Below the pieces are notes generated by a model. It ran no database searches and was not told where the DNA came from. It saw only the letters and a program-made list of their open reading frames with translations. From Acidobacteriota bacterium (GTDB taxonomy: Bacteria > Acidobacteriota > Vicinamibacteria > Marinacidobacterales > SMYC01), in assembly GCA_004356105.1 (NCBI GenBank), contig SMYC01000045.1:172-64171 (forward strand): a DNA stretch of 64,000 bases, in the 5' to 3' direction. Position numbers and translations under genes: made by a program. The first letter of the stretch is position 1, and the number at the start of each line of letters is the position of its first letter. Below are positions 12,201-23,888 of the stretch, piece by piece.

Positions 12201-12558
12201 ATGCGTCCAAATTTGAGATCGATTCTCATTCCTGCCGTGCTCGTGGCCGGCTTCGCCGCCCTCATCCCTCAGTGCGCAACCGAACCGTATCAGTGTCTAC
12301 ACGTTCAGCCGCGACAGCGAAAAGCACCTGAATGACGAGCGGCTCGATAGGTTTCGACGCGAGCTCGGCGAATATGCGGAGCCTGTGATGGAGCTCGCCT
12401 ATTCTCGCGAGAGCGCCCACGTTACGGTTCTGTATTTGGGGCAAGGACGGTTGGCCGTGGAGCTCGATGAGGCGGGTCTCGCCTTGCGCCACGTGTGGAC
12501 TGCTACGAGAGAGCAGCAACGTATAGGGACTCGCCGTAAAGTCTTGATCTCTCGCTAA
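12201..12558 (+). pseudogene. Frameshifted secreted hypothetical protein
   Basis: Signal peptide MRPNLRSILIPAVLVAGFAA; a one-base shift at ~12261 gives SSLSAQPNRISVYTFSRDSEK... to TAA 12558. Confidence 0.45.
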
Positions 12559-12571
12559 GCGTTGGAAGGAT

Positions 12572-12647
12572 TGGCTCCCCGGGTTGGACTCGAACCAACA
12601 ACCTACGGATTAACAGTCCGGCGCTCCACCAATTGAGCTACCGGGGA
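12572..12647 (-). tRNA. tRNA-Asn (GTT)
   Basis: Reverse complement TCCCCGGTAGCTCAATTGG...CTGTTAA...GGTTCGAGTCC...GGGGAGCCA, 76 nt with CCA. Confidence 0.96.
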
Positions 12648-12678
12648 ACGAGAGCCGGCGATTATAGCACGGGCCTTC

Positions 12679-13272
12679 TTACGTCGTCTTCGTCAAGTCT
12701 TGTAAGACGAGCTTGGCGACCGCCTTCAGCGTGTCGAAGACGCCGATCCCCTCATCCGAGGCCGCAATGGCCTCGAGCACAGGCTCGTTATTGAGGCCGA
12801 GCTTCGCCTTCATCTCCTCGACGGGAAGTGCGCTCGGCAAGTCGCGTTTGTTCAGCTGAAGGACGTAAGGCAGGCTTCGAATCTCGTAGCCTTGAACCTT
12901 CAAGTTCAGCTCGAGGTTTCGGAGGCTCTCGACATTCGCGTCCATGCGCTCGCGCTGGGAATCGGCAACGAAGATGACACCGTCCACACCTTTTAGGATG
13001 AGCTTTCGGGAAGCGTCGTAGAACACTTGCCCGGGCACCGTATAGAGGTGGAACCGCGTCTTGAAACCACGCACGTTTCCTAGCTCGAGAGGTAGGAAGT
13101 CGAAAAAGAGCGTACGGTCGGTCTCCGTCGCTAGAGAGATGAGCTTACCTTTGGCGTTCGGATTCGTCTTTTCGTAAATGAACTGCAAGTTGGTGGTCTT
13201 CCCGCACAGGCCGGGACCGTAATACACGATCTTGCAGTTGATTTCGCGTGAGGCGTAGTTGATGAATGTCAT
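12679..13272 (-). CDS. mglA: MglA-family small GTPase
   Basis: [36 protein letters not shown]. Confidence 0.95.
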   Translation of the reverse strand: MTFINYASREINCKIVYYGPGLCGKTTNLQFIYEKTNPNAKGKLISLATETDRTLFFDFLPLELGNVRGFKTRFHLYTVPGQVFYDASRKLILKGVDGVIFVADSQRERMDANVESLRNLELNLKVQGYEIRSLPYVLQLNKRDLPSALPVEEMKAKLGLNNEPVLEAIAASDEGIGVFDTLKAVAKLVLQDLTKTT

Positions 13273-13281
13273 CGTCCGGCC

Positions 13282-13779
13282 TCACTCACTGAACAAGCTA
13301 TCGATGTCTTCGTCGGTAATTTCCGCGAATGGGGATTCGAAACTCCCTCCAGAAGACTTCTCGGCTTCGACCTTCTGCATGATGCTGTCGAATACGCCGT
13401 TGAGCTCCACTGCGGCCTTTTTGACACGCAGCCGAACCAGGCCGAGAGACGAACGCTCGTCGAAAATCACCACGAGAATGACACGCAGCCCAACGATAGA
13501 AATATGGATATTGTCTTTCTCACCTTCGTGAAAGAGCACCGAGAATTCCTTTTCACCGATGAGCTTGGCGAGAGCATCTGTTGCCGCAACATTGCCGGCA
13601 GTGAGAGATGCCAATGACGTGGTGTCCAAATTGTCGATATTGCCGTGCGCGGCGATTTGCTGACCGTTCTTGTCGACCAGAAAAACGAGTCTCGCGTTGG
13701 CGTCGGTGCGGAGCTTGCTCAGAATCGTCTTGATCTGATTAAACTCCTCGTCATACATCACCACATCAGCGGTCGCCAT
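13282..13779 (-). CDS. mglB: MglB roadblock/LC7 GTPase-activating protein
   Basis: FLVDKNGQQIA, SLASLTAGNVAAT, SSLGLVRLRVKKA, acidic C-tail; directly upstream of mglA. Confidence 0.93.
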   Translation of the reverse strand: MATADVVMYDEEFNQIKTILSKLRTDANARLVFLVDKNGQQIAAHGNIDNLDTTSLASLTAGNVAATDALAKLIGEKEFSVLFHEGEKDNIHISIVGLRVILVVIFDERSSLGLVRLRVKKAAVELNGVFDSIMQKVEAEKSSGGSFESPFAEITDEDIDSLFSE

Positions 13780-13901
13780 GACTTTGATATCCTCCGTCCG
13801 AGACCTGCACGCGGGATTTAAGATTGCGGGCTTGTTACCTTATAGATATATCGAAAAGATGGCCACTTAGCAAGCGGCGCTGCGCTCTAAATCACATAGA
13901 T

Positions 13902-14501
13902 TCAATACTCACGGCGGCCTTCCAGGGCTTTCCCGACGGTCACTTCGTCTGCATAGTCGAGCTCGCTGCCGACCGGAATCCCCATGGCGATGCGGGTCAC
14001 CTTGACGCCTAGAGGTTTGATGAGCCTCGAGAGATAGATAGCCGTCGCCTCGCCTTCCACGTTGGGATTCGTCGCGAGAATCACTTCTTCGACTTCACCG
14101 TCCACGAGCCGCGACAAGAGACCCGCGATCTTGAGCTGCTCCGGACCGATACCAGAGAGCGGTGAGAGGCTTCCCATTAGCACATGATAGCGCCCTTTGA
14201 ACTCGTGGGTCTTCTCGATGGCAACGACGTTAGGGGGCTCTTCGACAACGCAGATGAGTCGAGAGTTCCGATCGGGGCTCGAACAATAGGCACAAGGGTC
14301 ATCGTCGGTCACGTTGTTGCAGACAGAACACGAGACGATCTTTTCCTTGACGTTCTGGATCGCGCGAGCAAGATGCTGCGCGTCGTCCACGCTGGCCCGC
14401 AAGATATGGAACGTGATGCGCTGTGCCGATTTTGCCCCGATCCCCGGGAGCTCCTTCAGCTCCGCAATCAACCGGGACACGGGCTCCGGAAAGTCTTTCA
14501 C
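13902..14501 (-). CDS. recR: Recombination mediator RecR
   Basis: [12 protein letters not shown]4 zinc finger, [28 protein letters not shown]. Confidence 0.97.
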   Translation of the reverse strand: MKDFPEPVSRLIAELKELPGIGAKSAQRITFHILRASVDDAQHLARAIQNVKEKIVSCSVCNNVTDDDPCAYCSSPDRNSRLICVVEEPPNVVAIEKTHEFKGRYHVLMGSLSPLSGIGPEQLKIAGLLSRLVDGEVEEVILATNPNVEGEATAIYLSRLIKPLGVKVTRIAMGIPVGSELDYADEVTVGKALEGRREY

Positions 14502-14502
14502 G

Positions 14503-14796
14503 CTAAAAGAGGCCAGGGATGTTGCCCGCGATGGAGCCGAGCTGGCTTTGAGCTTCTTCGTCGACTTTGCGCGACGCCTCGTTGACGGCCGCGGTCACGA
14601 GGTCCTGCAGCATTTCGACGTCGTCTTTGTCGACGACTTCCGGGTCGATCGTCACTCCGAGGACGGTTTTGTTGCCGCTCATTTGGACCGTCACCATCCC
14701 GCCTCCGGCGGTAGCTTCCACACGGAGCTCGTCGAGCTGTTTCTTGAATTTCTCCTGAAGCGCTTGGGCTTGCTTCATGATTTGGTTCATTTTCAT
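14503..14796 (-). CDS. ybaB: YbaB/EbfC nucleoid-associated protein
   Basis: [31 protein letters not shown]; lies between dnaX and recR. Confidence 0.94.
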   Translation of the reverse strand: MKMNQIMKQAQALQEKFKKQLDELRVEATAGGGMVTVQMSGNKTVLGVTIDPEVVDKDDVEMLQDLVTAAVNEASRKVDEEAQSQLGSIAGNIPGLF

Positions 14797-14846
14797 TTTT
14801 GACTCCAAAGGTAGTTGGGCTCCAAAAGGTGCTGGGGTTTCAAAAC

Positions 14847-16592
<1,746 letters not shown>

Positions 16593-16644
16593 GCTAGAAA
16601 AGCTAGATGCTATCCTTTTCGCTTAGACTTCGGAGAATCTGGAG

Positions 16645-16753
16645 CCCCGCGGCTCAGGCGACCTGCAGCACAATCGAGGTCCGATTACCGCTGCTCCCTT
16701 TCGGGTCTGACGGGGTTCACAGGCTCGACTCGCACAGGACCTGAGCCGCGGGA
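16645..16753 (-). ncRNA. ffs: Signal recognition particle RNA (4.5S)
   Basis: Long terminal helix plus domain-IV motif TCAGACCCGAAAGGGAGCAGC on the minus strand; canonical position upstream of dnaX. Confidence 0.9.
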
Positions 16754-16780
16754 CATTTCTTGCTCACGTTTTCGGTGATA

Positions 16781-16807
16781 GCTATCCGCTATCCGCTATC
16801 CGCTACC
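16781..16807. repeat. Heptamer tandem repeat (GCTATCC)x3 plus a degenerate unit
   Basis: gctatcc gctatcc gctatcc gctacc between tRNA-Ser and ffs. Confidence 0.8.
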
Positions 16808-16818
16808 TCTTTCTTGAT

Positions 16819-16908
16819 TGGCGGAGGGGGTGGGATTCGAACCCACGGTACCGTTGCCGGTACACTAGCTTTCCGGGCTAGCCAGATAAGCCACTCTTGC
16901 ACCCCTCC
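16819..16908 (-). tRNA. tRNA-Ser (GGA)
   Basis: 90 nt with long variable arm; anticodon arm CTAGC-CCGGAAA-GCTAG; GGTTCGAATCCC T-arm; CCA end. Confidence 0.93.
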
Positions 16909-16953
16909 TCCAGGCCGGTGCCCAGGCAAGCCGCAATTATACCGCAGGCGGAA

Positions 16954-19900
16954 TCACTGGGCCTCGCGGGCTTCTCGCGCTTGAATCTCCGCGCCATCGG
17001 GGAGCCCGGAGCCTGCACGACGCCGGCGCCACCGATCCGGGAAGTTGGTCAAAGCACCGGAGAGAGAGTCCAGGCTGTGATAGGTCACGGGCACCACCAC
17101 GAGCGTCAGGACCGTCGCGACCGTCAAACCGAAGATCACAGCCACGCCCATCGGCCCCCACCATTGTGAAGACTGACCTCCGGGGCTTATGGTGCCCTTG
17201 AAGAGGTCGATATTGATCCCGAGCGTCAGAGGGATGAGTCCGAGAACGGTCGTGACCGCCGTGAGCAGCACCGGCCGGAGGCGGATGATCCCAGCTTCGA
17301 TCACAGCCTTGGTCTTCTCCATCCCGCTCTCACGGAGTCGACGGATGAAATCACACAGCACGATTGCGTTATTGACCACGATGCCGGCGAGCGAGATCAC
17401 TCCAATCCCCGTCATGATGATGCCGAACGGTGTCCCCGTGATGATCAAGCCCCACAAAACTCCGATGAGAGACAGAAGCACGGAGATCATGATCGTGATC
17501 GGCAGGATGAGGGAGTCGAACTGCGTCACGAGCACGAGCGAAATGAGCAGCACCGCAATCACGAAAGCTCGCTGAAGAAAAGCCTGGGATTCTTGCTCCT
17601 CCTGATTCGATCCCGCGAAGGACCAGCGGTAGCCCGGAGGAAAGTCGATCTTCGTAAGCCGAGTTGCGACCTCTTGCCGCACGGAATCCTCTGTCCGTCC
17701 CCGCGCGCGCACGACGTCTCCGTCTATGGTCACGACGCGCTTCAAGTCGACGCGGTTGACGGCCGCGGGGCCGACACCGGGCTCGATCTCAACGAGCGTC
17801 CGGAGCGGAATCGGGATGCCGTCTTCATCCGGCACGGTGAGGTCGCCGAGGTCGTCGAGCGAGCTGCGCGCTTCGGGAGCGAGCCGCACGGTAATGTCGT
17901 ACTCGTCTTCACCGATGCGATATTTCGAGGCCTCCGTGCCGCGCAACGCGGTCTGCACCATCGTCGCGATCTCCTGAGTATTGACGCCGGCGAGCATGGC
18001 TTCGATGCGGTCCACGTGCAGCCGTATCTCCGGCTTGCCGCGATCCAAGTCGTCGTCGAGATTCACGAGACCGGGCACACTCCGTATGCGGGTCTTCACT
18101 TCCTGAGTGAGCCGCGCGAGCTCGTCGAAGTCGTCGCCGACGATGCGGATCGTGACGGGCTTTCCGACTTGTGGACCTTGTTGGGGCTTGTCCACTTTGA
18201 TTTCCGCCCCGTCGAGATTCGAGATCGCTTCCCGCACTTCCTCCATCGTTAGGAGGGAGTTTCTTCGCTCGCGCTCTTGGCGATCGACGAGATCCAAAGT
18301 AATGCGGCTGTTGTTCGAAACCCCGCCGGCACCGCCCCCGAGCGCGGCACCGCCCATGATGCTGATGCCTTTTGAACCGATATTGGCCACGGTATGTAGA
18401 AGGTCCTGGGTCTTTCCGGTTCTGGCTTCGATGCGGCGCACGATTTCGTCCGAGGTCTCGAGCGTCGCGCCGCTCGGCGCCTCGACGTCCACGAAGATTT
18501 GCTCCGGGTCCATCTCCGGAAAGAACTCCATCCCCTGTCCGAGGACGCTGTAGGCCGCAAGAGTGAACGCGAAAAGCGCTCCCATCGTCCAAATGGCGGC
18601 GGAGCGCCGGTCGGTTACGTAGGGACTCCAGCCCGTGGCAAGACGCGCCAGACTCCACACGAGCCAGACGGCACCTTGCAGAGCGAAGGCGACCGTGCCG
18701 ACACCGATGAGCCATGTCGCGACCACGTAAATCGCGGGATGTTCCGTCTCGAGCAACATGGCGGCCATGAAGATAACCATCCCGAGAAATGCGAAGAGAA
18801 CGAAAACCAGCGGAAGCGCCCAGTTCCGGAAGAAATAGCCTATGGTGCCTTCGTCGGGCGCGGGCTCCAGAAGCCAGCCGAGAAGCTTCCGGTAACGGCT
18901 GAGAAACTTGCCTTCGCTTTTGGCCTTGGTCTTGGGAGGCGCCGTCATGAAGTAGGCGCAAAGCGTCGGGTTGAAGACGAGCGCCACGAGAAGCGAGGCG
19001 GAAAGAGCGATCATGAGTGTGACGGGCAGGTAGGACATGAAGTTGCCAATCATGCCGGGCCAGATCAGCATCGGAGCGAAGGCACAAAGCGTCGTGATCG
19101 TGGAGGCGATGACCGGCATCGCGACTTCCTGCGTACCCACGGAAGCTGCGGTGATCCCGTCTTTTCCCATTTCGCGATGGCGGTAGATGTTCTCGACGAT
19201 CACGACCGCATTGTCGACGAGCATCCCGAGCACGAGGATCAAGCTGAAGAGCACAATCATGTTGAGCGTGTAGCCCATCCATTGAATGCCCACGAACGAG
19301 ATCAGCATCGACAGTGGGATGGCGATGGCGACGAAGACCGAGTTCCGGAAACCGAGAAATGCCATGAGGACGGCGACAACGAGGATCAACCCCGAGAGAA
19401 TATTGTTCTCGAGCTCGCTCACCATCTCGCGGATCTGCTGGGACTGGTCGCCGAGAATGGTGACGACCGTGCCTTCGGGCAGTCCGGCTTGCTGGCGCGC
19501 GAGCTCCGCTTTCACGGAATCCGCGACCGCGATGAGGTTCGACCCGGTGCGCTTTTCGATGGTGAGCGTGACCGACGGATTCTGGTCGACGCGTGAAAGC
19601 GTCGCTTCTTCTTCGAACCCGTACTCGACATAGGCAACGTCGCGAATGTAGATCGGCTCACCGTCGCGCACTTCGATCACGAAGTCTTCGATCTCCATCG
19701 GGTCTTCGATCTCCGCCGGCAAGCGGACGAGATATTTGAGTCGGCCGACCTCGATTTCGCCCCCTGGGATGTTCAAGTTCTCACGACCGACGGACTTGAC
19801 GATATCGGCCAAGCTGACCTCGTAGAAAGACAAGCGCTTCGGGTCGACATAGACATGAACTTCCCGCGTCTTGCCCCCGATGATCTGCACGCGATTGACG

Positions 19901-20403
19901 CCTGGGAGCGCTTCAAGGTCGTCTTTGAGATCTTTCGCAATATCTGTCAACCGCACGAGGCCCACTTCACCCGTCATGCTCACGACAAGAATCGGGATCC
20001 GCGAAATGTCCACGTCCTGGATGCGTGGATCGTCCACCTCCGGCGGCAAATCAGCTTTGGCGAGGTCGACTTTCTCGCGCACTTTCTGAATGGCGGTGTC
20101 GAGATCCACCTCCGGATTGAACTCCACCTGAATCGACGAAAGGCTTTCGGAGCTCGTGGAACGAATTTCTTTGATGCCCGAGATCCCTTTGAGCTCCGTC
20201 TCGATCGGACGCGTGATGAGCGTCTCCATGTCCGCGGGCGCCACCCCAGGATAGACCGTGGACACGATGATGAGCGGGATCTCGACCTCGGGAAAGGATT
20301 CCCGCGGCATCGAGACGTATGTGCTCGCGCCGACCATGACGATGAGGACGATAAGCACATAGATCGTCAAGCGATGACGAATGCTGTATTCCGTTAAGTT
20401 CAC
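16954..20403 (-). CDS. RND efflux transporter permease (AcrB/AcrD/AcrF family)
   Basis: 1149 aa; LGMLVDNAVVIVENI, GIVVNNAIVLCD, RLRPVLLTAVTT. Confidence 0.95.
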   Translation of the reverse strand: MNLTEYSIRHRLTIYVLIVLIVMVGASTYVSMPRESFPEVEIPLIIVSTVYPGVAPADMETLITRPIETELKGISGIKEIRSTSSESLSSIQVEFNPEVDLDTAIQKVREKVDLAKADLPPEVDDPRIQDVDISRIPILVVSMTGEVGLVRLTDIAKDLKDDLEALPGVNRVQIIGGKTREVHVYVDPKRLSFYEVSLADIVKSVGRENLNIPGGEIEVGRLKYLVRLPAEIEDPMEIEDFVIEVRDGEPIYIRDVAYVEYGFEEEATLSRVDQNPSVTLTIEKRTGSNLIAVADSVKAELARQQAGLPEGTVVTILGDQSQQIREMVSELENNILSGLILVVAVLMAFLGFRNSVFVAIAIPLSMLISFVGIQWMGYTLNMIVLFSLILVLGMLVDNAVVIVENIYRHREMGKDGITAASVGTQEVAMPVIASTITTLCAFAPMLIWPGMIGNFMSYLPVTLMIALSASLLVALVFNPTLCAYFMTAPPKTKAKSEGKFLSRYRKLLGWLLEPAPDEGTIGYFFRNWALPLVFVLFAFLGMVIFMAAMLLETEHPAIYVVATWLIGVGTVAFALQGAVWLVWSLARLATGWSPYVTDRRSAAIWTMGALFAFTLAAYSVLGQGMEFFPEMDPEQIFVDVEAPSGATLETSDEIVRRIEARTGKTQDLLHTVANIGSKGISIMGGAALGGGAGGVSNNSRITLDLVDRQERERRNSLLTMEEVREAISNLDGAEIKVDKPQQGPQVGKPVTIRIVGDDFDELARLTQEVKTRIRSVPGLVNLDDDLDRGKPEIRLHVDRIEAMLAGVNTQEIATMVQTALRGTEASKYRIGEDEYDITVRLAPEARSSLDDLGDLTVPDEDGIPIPLRTLVEIEPGVGPAAVNRVDLKRVVTIDGDVVRARGRTEDSVRQEVATRLTKIDFPPGYRWSFAGSNQEEQESQAFLQRAFVIAVLLISLVLVTQFDSLILPITIMISVLLSLIGVLWGLIITGTPFGIIMTGIGVISLAGIVVNNAIVLCDFIRRLRESGMEKTKAVIEAGIIRLRPVLLTAVTTVLGLIPLTLGINIDLFKGTISPGGQSSQWWGPMGVAVIFGLTVATVLTLVVVPVTYHSLDSLSGALTNFPDRWRRRRAGSGLPDGAEIQAREAREAQ

Positions 20404-20418
20404 GCGTGCACCTTGCTT

Positions 20419-21483
20419 TTAGAGATTGTCGGCAACGGATCGAACGCGCTGGCCGTCGATGAGATTGCGGTGGCCCGTGACGATGAGCTCGTCACCGGGC
20501 TCGAGGCCCTCGAGAACGACGATCTCGCCTTTCTCGCTCGGTCCCGTCTTGACGTTCCGGAGCTCCGCCTTGTCTCCTTTGAGCACAAAAGCGACGTTGC
20601 CACTATCCCGCTCGAGAATCGCGTCCCGTGGAATCACGATGACGTCTTCGTAGATCTGCTTCACGAGACGGACGCGCACGATCATGCCGGGCCGGAGCGC
20701 ACCGTCGCGATTGTCGATCGCGACCTCGGCAGGGAACGAGCGGTTCTTGGCGGTCGCGGCGGGGCTCAAGAAATGTATCTTGCTCTTGAACTTGCGCTCG
20801 GGATAAGCGTCCGCTTCGACCACGGCCTCGGATCCAACTTTGAAGTAAGAAATATCGTCTTCGGGGATGCCAACCACGCCTTTGAGCTTCGAGAGCTGGT
20901 GGATCGTTGTTACGAGCGAGCCTGCGGGAACGACTTCACCCATTTCGACCTCGCGCACGATCGAGACACCAGATAAGGGAGCACGAATGATCGACCTCTC
21001 CACCCGGAGCCTGGCTTGCTTGACCCTCGCCTCCGCCCGGCGATAGTCGGACGTCGCGGAGGTCAGATCTTGCCGGGGCACCGCTTGGCGGCTGAACAGC
21101 TCGGTCGTCTTGTTGAACTCCGACTCCGCGTGCTGAAGCTCGGCCTCGACCTCGTCGAGCGCCGCTTCGAGCAGATCGGTGCCGATGCGCGCGAGGACCT
21201 GACCTTTTCTGACGCTCTGGCCTTTGTCGAAACGGATCTCCTGCACGGTTCCGCCGAGCTCCGTCGAGACTTGGACCTCGACCCATGGCTCGAGCCTTCC
21301 CGCGAGCTGAATCTCGTCGCGAAGTGTCGCTGGCTTCAGCCTCGACACGGAGACGTTCACGGGAGGCGGCTCGGCGTTTTTATTCGCTTCGGCTTCCACT
21401 GGCGCTTCTGTGCCGCAGCCCAACATGAGGGCCGCGGCCGTGACGGCCATGAGAAGCGGTCCTATCGATATTAGCCGGCTCAA
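20419..21483 (-). CDS. RND periplasmic adaptor (membrane fusion lipoprotein)
   Basis: Lipobox LMLGC, KGQVLARI, IRAPLSG, LRPGM, GLEPGDELIVTG. Confidence 0.92.
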   Translation of the reverse strand: MSRLISIGPLLMAVTAAALMLGCGTEAPVEAEANKNAEPPPVNVSVSRLKPATLRDEIQLAGRLEPWVEVQVSTELGGTVQEIRFDKGQSVRKGQVLARIGTDLLEAALDEVEAELQHAESEFNKTTELFSRQAVPRQDLTSATSDYRRAEARVKQARLRVERSIIRAPLSGVSIVREVEMGEVVPAGSLVTTIHQLSKLKGVVGIPEDDISYFKVGSEAVVEADAYPERKFKSKIHFLSPAATAKNRSFPAEVAIDNRDGALRPGMIVRVRLVKQIYEDVIVIPRDAILERDSGNVAFVLKGDKAELRNVKTGPSEKGEIVVLEGLEPGDELIVTGHRNLIDGQRVRSVADNL

Positions 21484-22958
21484 GGTTCCTCTCCTTCTTC
21501 ATTATTAGAGTGGTCTGCATTAGTGTGGTCGGCGCCCAGAACAGAGCGCGACACTTCAATCACGGAGTTCGGTGCGTCGGCGCGGTAGCCAACGAGAAAT
21601 TTCATTTCAGCCAAGGCCACGAGGGCGTCATGGGCTGCCGTTGTCTGGTTGAGCTCCGCTTGACGGAGCGAGGCTGTCGACTGGAGCACATCGAGCGACG
21701 TCGCAGCGCCCCACCTGAGCGACTCTTCGGAAACGCGCTCCGCTTCGCGAGCCTGCTCTACGGTGAGCCTCGTGACCTCGAGGGACTCGAGCGACCGAAT
21801 CCAAGTGCCGCTCGCGCGCTTCAAGTTGACCGAGAGCTCGTTTCTAAACGCGTGCTCGTCATACTCTTTCTGCGTGATCTGCGAGCGAAGCGCTCCGACC
21901 TGCGCATGGACGCGGTGGCCGTCGAAGATCTTCCAATCGAATGACACGCCCACGTTCCACGTGTGCAGCGCGAGGTCGCTGACGTTCGAGGCACCGAACG
22001 TGTTGACACCGAAGCCGGCATTCGCCGAGATTTGCGGCAAGAGGTCGGACTTCGTCACACCGACGCGCGCGTCGAGGACTCTCCGGTCCACCGCATAGCG
22101 CCGGAGCTCGGGGCGATGCTGGCCTGCAATCTCGAGGAGCGCTTCCGTCCTCATGATTCTGGGAACGGGGTCCTCGATGCCGAGCTCCGCGAGGACCTCG
22201 ATGGGCGCGTCGATCGGCCGACCGAGCGTGGTATTTACCGAGGCGAGTGCTACTTGAAGATTGTTGTCGGCCATGAGAATCTCGGGCTGCAAGTTCGCGA
22301 GCACGACACGAGCGCGCAGGAGATCGAGCTTGGTCGCGTCCTCGAGCTCGAATCGCGTCTGCACTTGGTCGAGCTGGCGCTCTCGGGCATCTCTTTCCGT
22401 CTCGAGCACGCGCAAATTGTCCTGCGCGAGGAGGAACGCGTAGGCGGCGCGCACCGTGTTGAGCGCGATCTGATTTTCCAGACCCTGGACGTCGAGGTTG
22501 ACGCCGCCGCGCTCCTCGCGTGCCGCCGCCATCGCGTTCGAAACGCGACCGAATGTGTAGATGGGCTGCCGCGCTTCGATGTTCCAAACATAGTTCGTAA
22601 AGAAGAACGCGTCGAACGCACCCGGAGGGAAATCGTTCGGATCGATCGTCTTGAAGAACGGGCTATTGCTGTTGCGCAGGCCCGGGTCGCGCGTCTTGCG
22701 CCAGCTCAAGAAGGCGGTGAGCTCAGGTAGTGCTTCCGCGCGTGCTTCGCGCACGAGCTGAGAGAACTCCTCGGTCTTTTCGCGCACGCTCAGCACTTGT
22801 GGGTTGACGGCCAGCGCTAGCTCGACGGCCTCGATGAGCGTGAACGTCAAGACGTCTTGGGACGCGACTTCACCTGCCACAGATGGCGATGTGAGCGCGA
22901 GGCAGACGAGTATCAAAGATGTATAATAATAGGGTGACCTTCGTCTTGTCGCTTTCAT
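21480..22958 (-). CDS. TolC-family outer-membrane efflux protein
   Basis: Signal peptide, EAVELALAVNP, duplicated OEP repeats (QPIYTFG / WKIFDG). Confidence 0.9.
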   Translation of the reverse strand: MKATRRRSPYYYTSLILVCLALTSPSVAGEVASQDVLTFTLIEAVELALAVNPQVLSVREKTEEFSQLVREARAEALPELTAFLSWRKTRDPGLRNSNSPFFKTIDPNDFPPGAFDAFFFTNYVWNIEARQPIYTFGRVSNAMAAAREERGGVNLDVQGLENQIALNTVRAAYAFLLAQDNLRVLETERDARERQLDQVQTRFELEDATKLDLLRARVVLANLQPEILMADNNLQVALASVNTTLGRPIDAPIEVLAELGIEDPVPRIMRTEALLEIAGQHRPELRRYAVDRRVLDARVGVTKSDLLPQISANAGFGVNTFGASNVSDLALHTWNVGVSFDWKIFDGHRVHAQVGALRSQITQKEYDEHAFRNELSVNLKRASGTWIRSLESLEVTRLTVEQAREAERVSEESLRWGAATSLDVLQSTASLRQAELNQTTAAHDALVALAEMKFLVGYRADAPNSVIEVSRSVLGADHTNADHSNNEEGEEP

Positions 22959-22980
22959 GGGATCCTCGGACTAATAGGGA

Positions 22981-23700
22981 CTAGGTTTGCTTGAAGGCGG
23001 GCACTTCACCGGCGCCAAAAAAGAAATGCTCGATGGCCACGTCGAGCGACATGGCACTGACGCGGCGCTCGAGAGCCTCGCGGCGCTCAGGGTAACGTTC
23101 GGCTAAACGGTCGACCTTGAAGCGGCAGCTTACATGAGCGTGGATCAAGTTGCCGAGCTGCTCGACGAGAAAGTTCGGGGTGACACCAGGACGCGGTACG
23201 AGCTCACCCGAATCGATGCCGCGCTCGAAGACGCTCTGGATCCTTTGGCGCGTACCCCCGTAGAGGGACTCGAGATCTGGCGTCGGCTGACCCTCCTGGG
23301 GTCCGTAGAGCATGCTGAACATGAACTCGACGGCTGCGGGACAGCGCTCGACGAGCCCGATATGCGCTTGAACGATCGATACGATGGATTCGTAAAACGG
23401 CCGGGGCGTTTCGAGAGCGCGGGCAACCTCCGATTCGAGGCTCGCCATCACGATCTCCGCGACTTTCAAGTGGAGGTTTTCCTTACTCTTGAAGTAGTAG
23501 CTGACGAGAGGCGCCGTAACATTCACCTCGGCAGCAATGCCTCGAAGCGTCGTGGCCGCATAGCCGCGGCGCCCAAAGCATCGCATCGCATGCTTCAAAA
23601 TGAGCCGCTCGATAGCCGAGTGCTCTTCCGATCCCCCAGGCTGGGTCGCTTCGATCTCATGCAATAAATTCAATGTTGTCAACGCTTTACCATCATCCAA
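22981..23700 (-). CDS. TetR/AcrR-family regulator
   Basis: FGRRGYAATTLRGIAAEVNVTAPLVSYYFKSKENL HTH; heads the efflux operon. Confidence 0.9.
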   Translation of the reverse strand: MDDGKALTTLNLLHEIEATQPGGSEEHSAIERLILKHAMRCFGRRGYAATTLRGIAAEVNVTAPLVSYYFKSKENLHLKVAEIVMASLESEVARALETPRPFYESIVSIVQAHIGLVERCPAAVEFMFSMLYGPQEGQPTPDLESLYGGTRQRIQSVFERGIDSGELVPRPGVTPNFLVEQLGNLIHAHVSCRFKVDRLAERYPERREALERRVSAMSLDVAIEHFFFGAGEVPAFKQT

Positions 23701-23705
23701 AGAGC

Positions 23706-23745
23706 TAAATTGAACGGTAGTTTATTCAGTTTAACGCTCGTTCAA
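23706..23745. promoter_or_regulatory. Putative TetR operator (overlapping imperfect inverted repeats)
   Basis: TAAATTGAA...TTCAGTTTA and TTGAACG...CGTTCAA in an AT-rich patch just upstream of the TetR gene. Confidence 0.45.
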
Positions 23746-23888
23746 ACAGACCGCAAAACTTTCTCCCACTGGATGTTTCGGGCGAATTCGAACTCGTCTC
23801 GGATGAGAAGTCGGACTTGTCCGACGAAGCCACGGATGAACACACTGGCGAAGTCGGATAAACTCAGCGACTCGAGGTGAATCGATAC

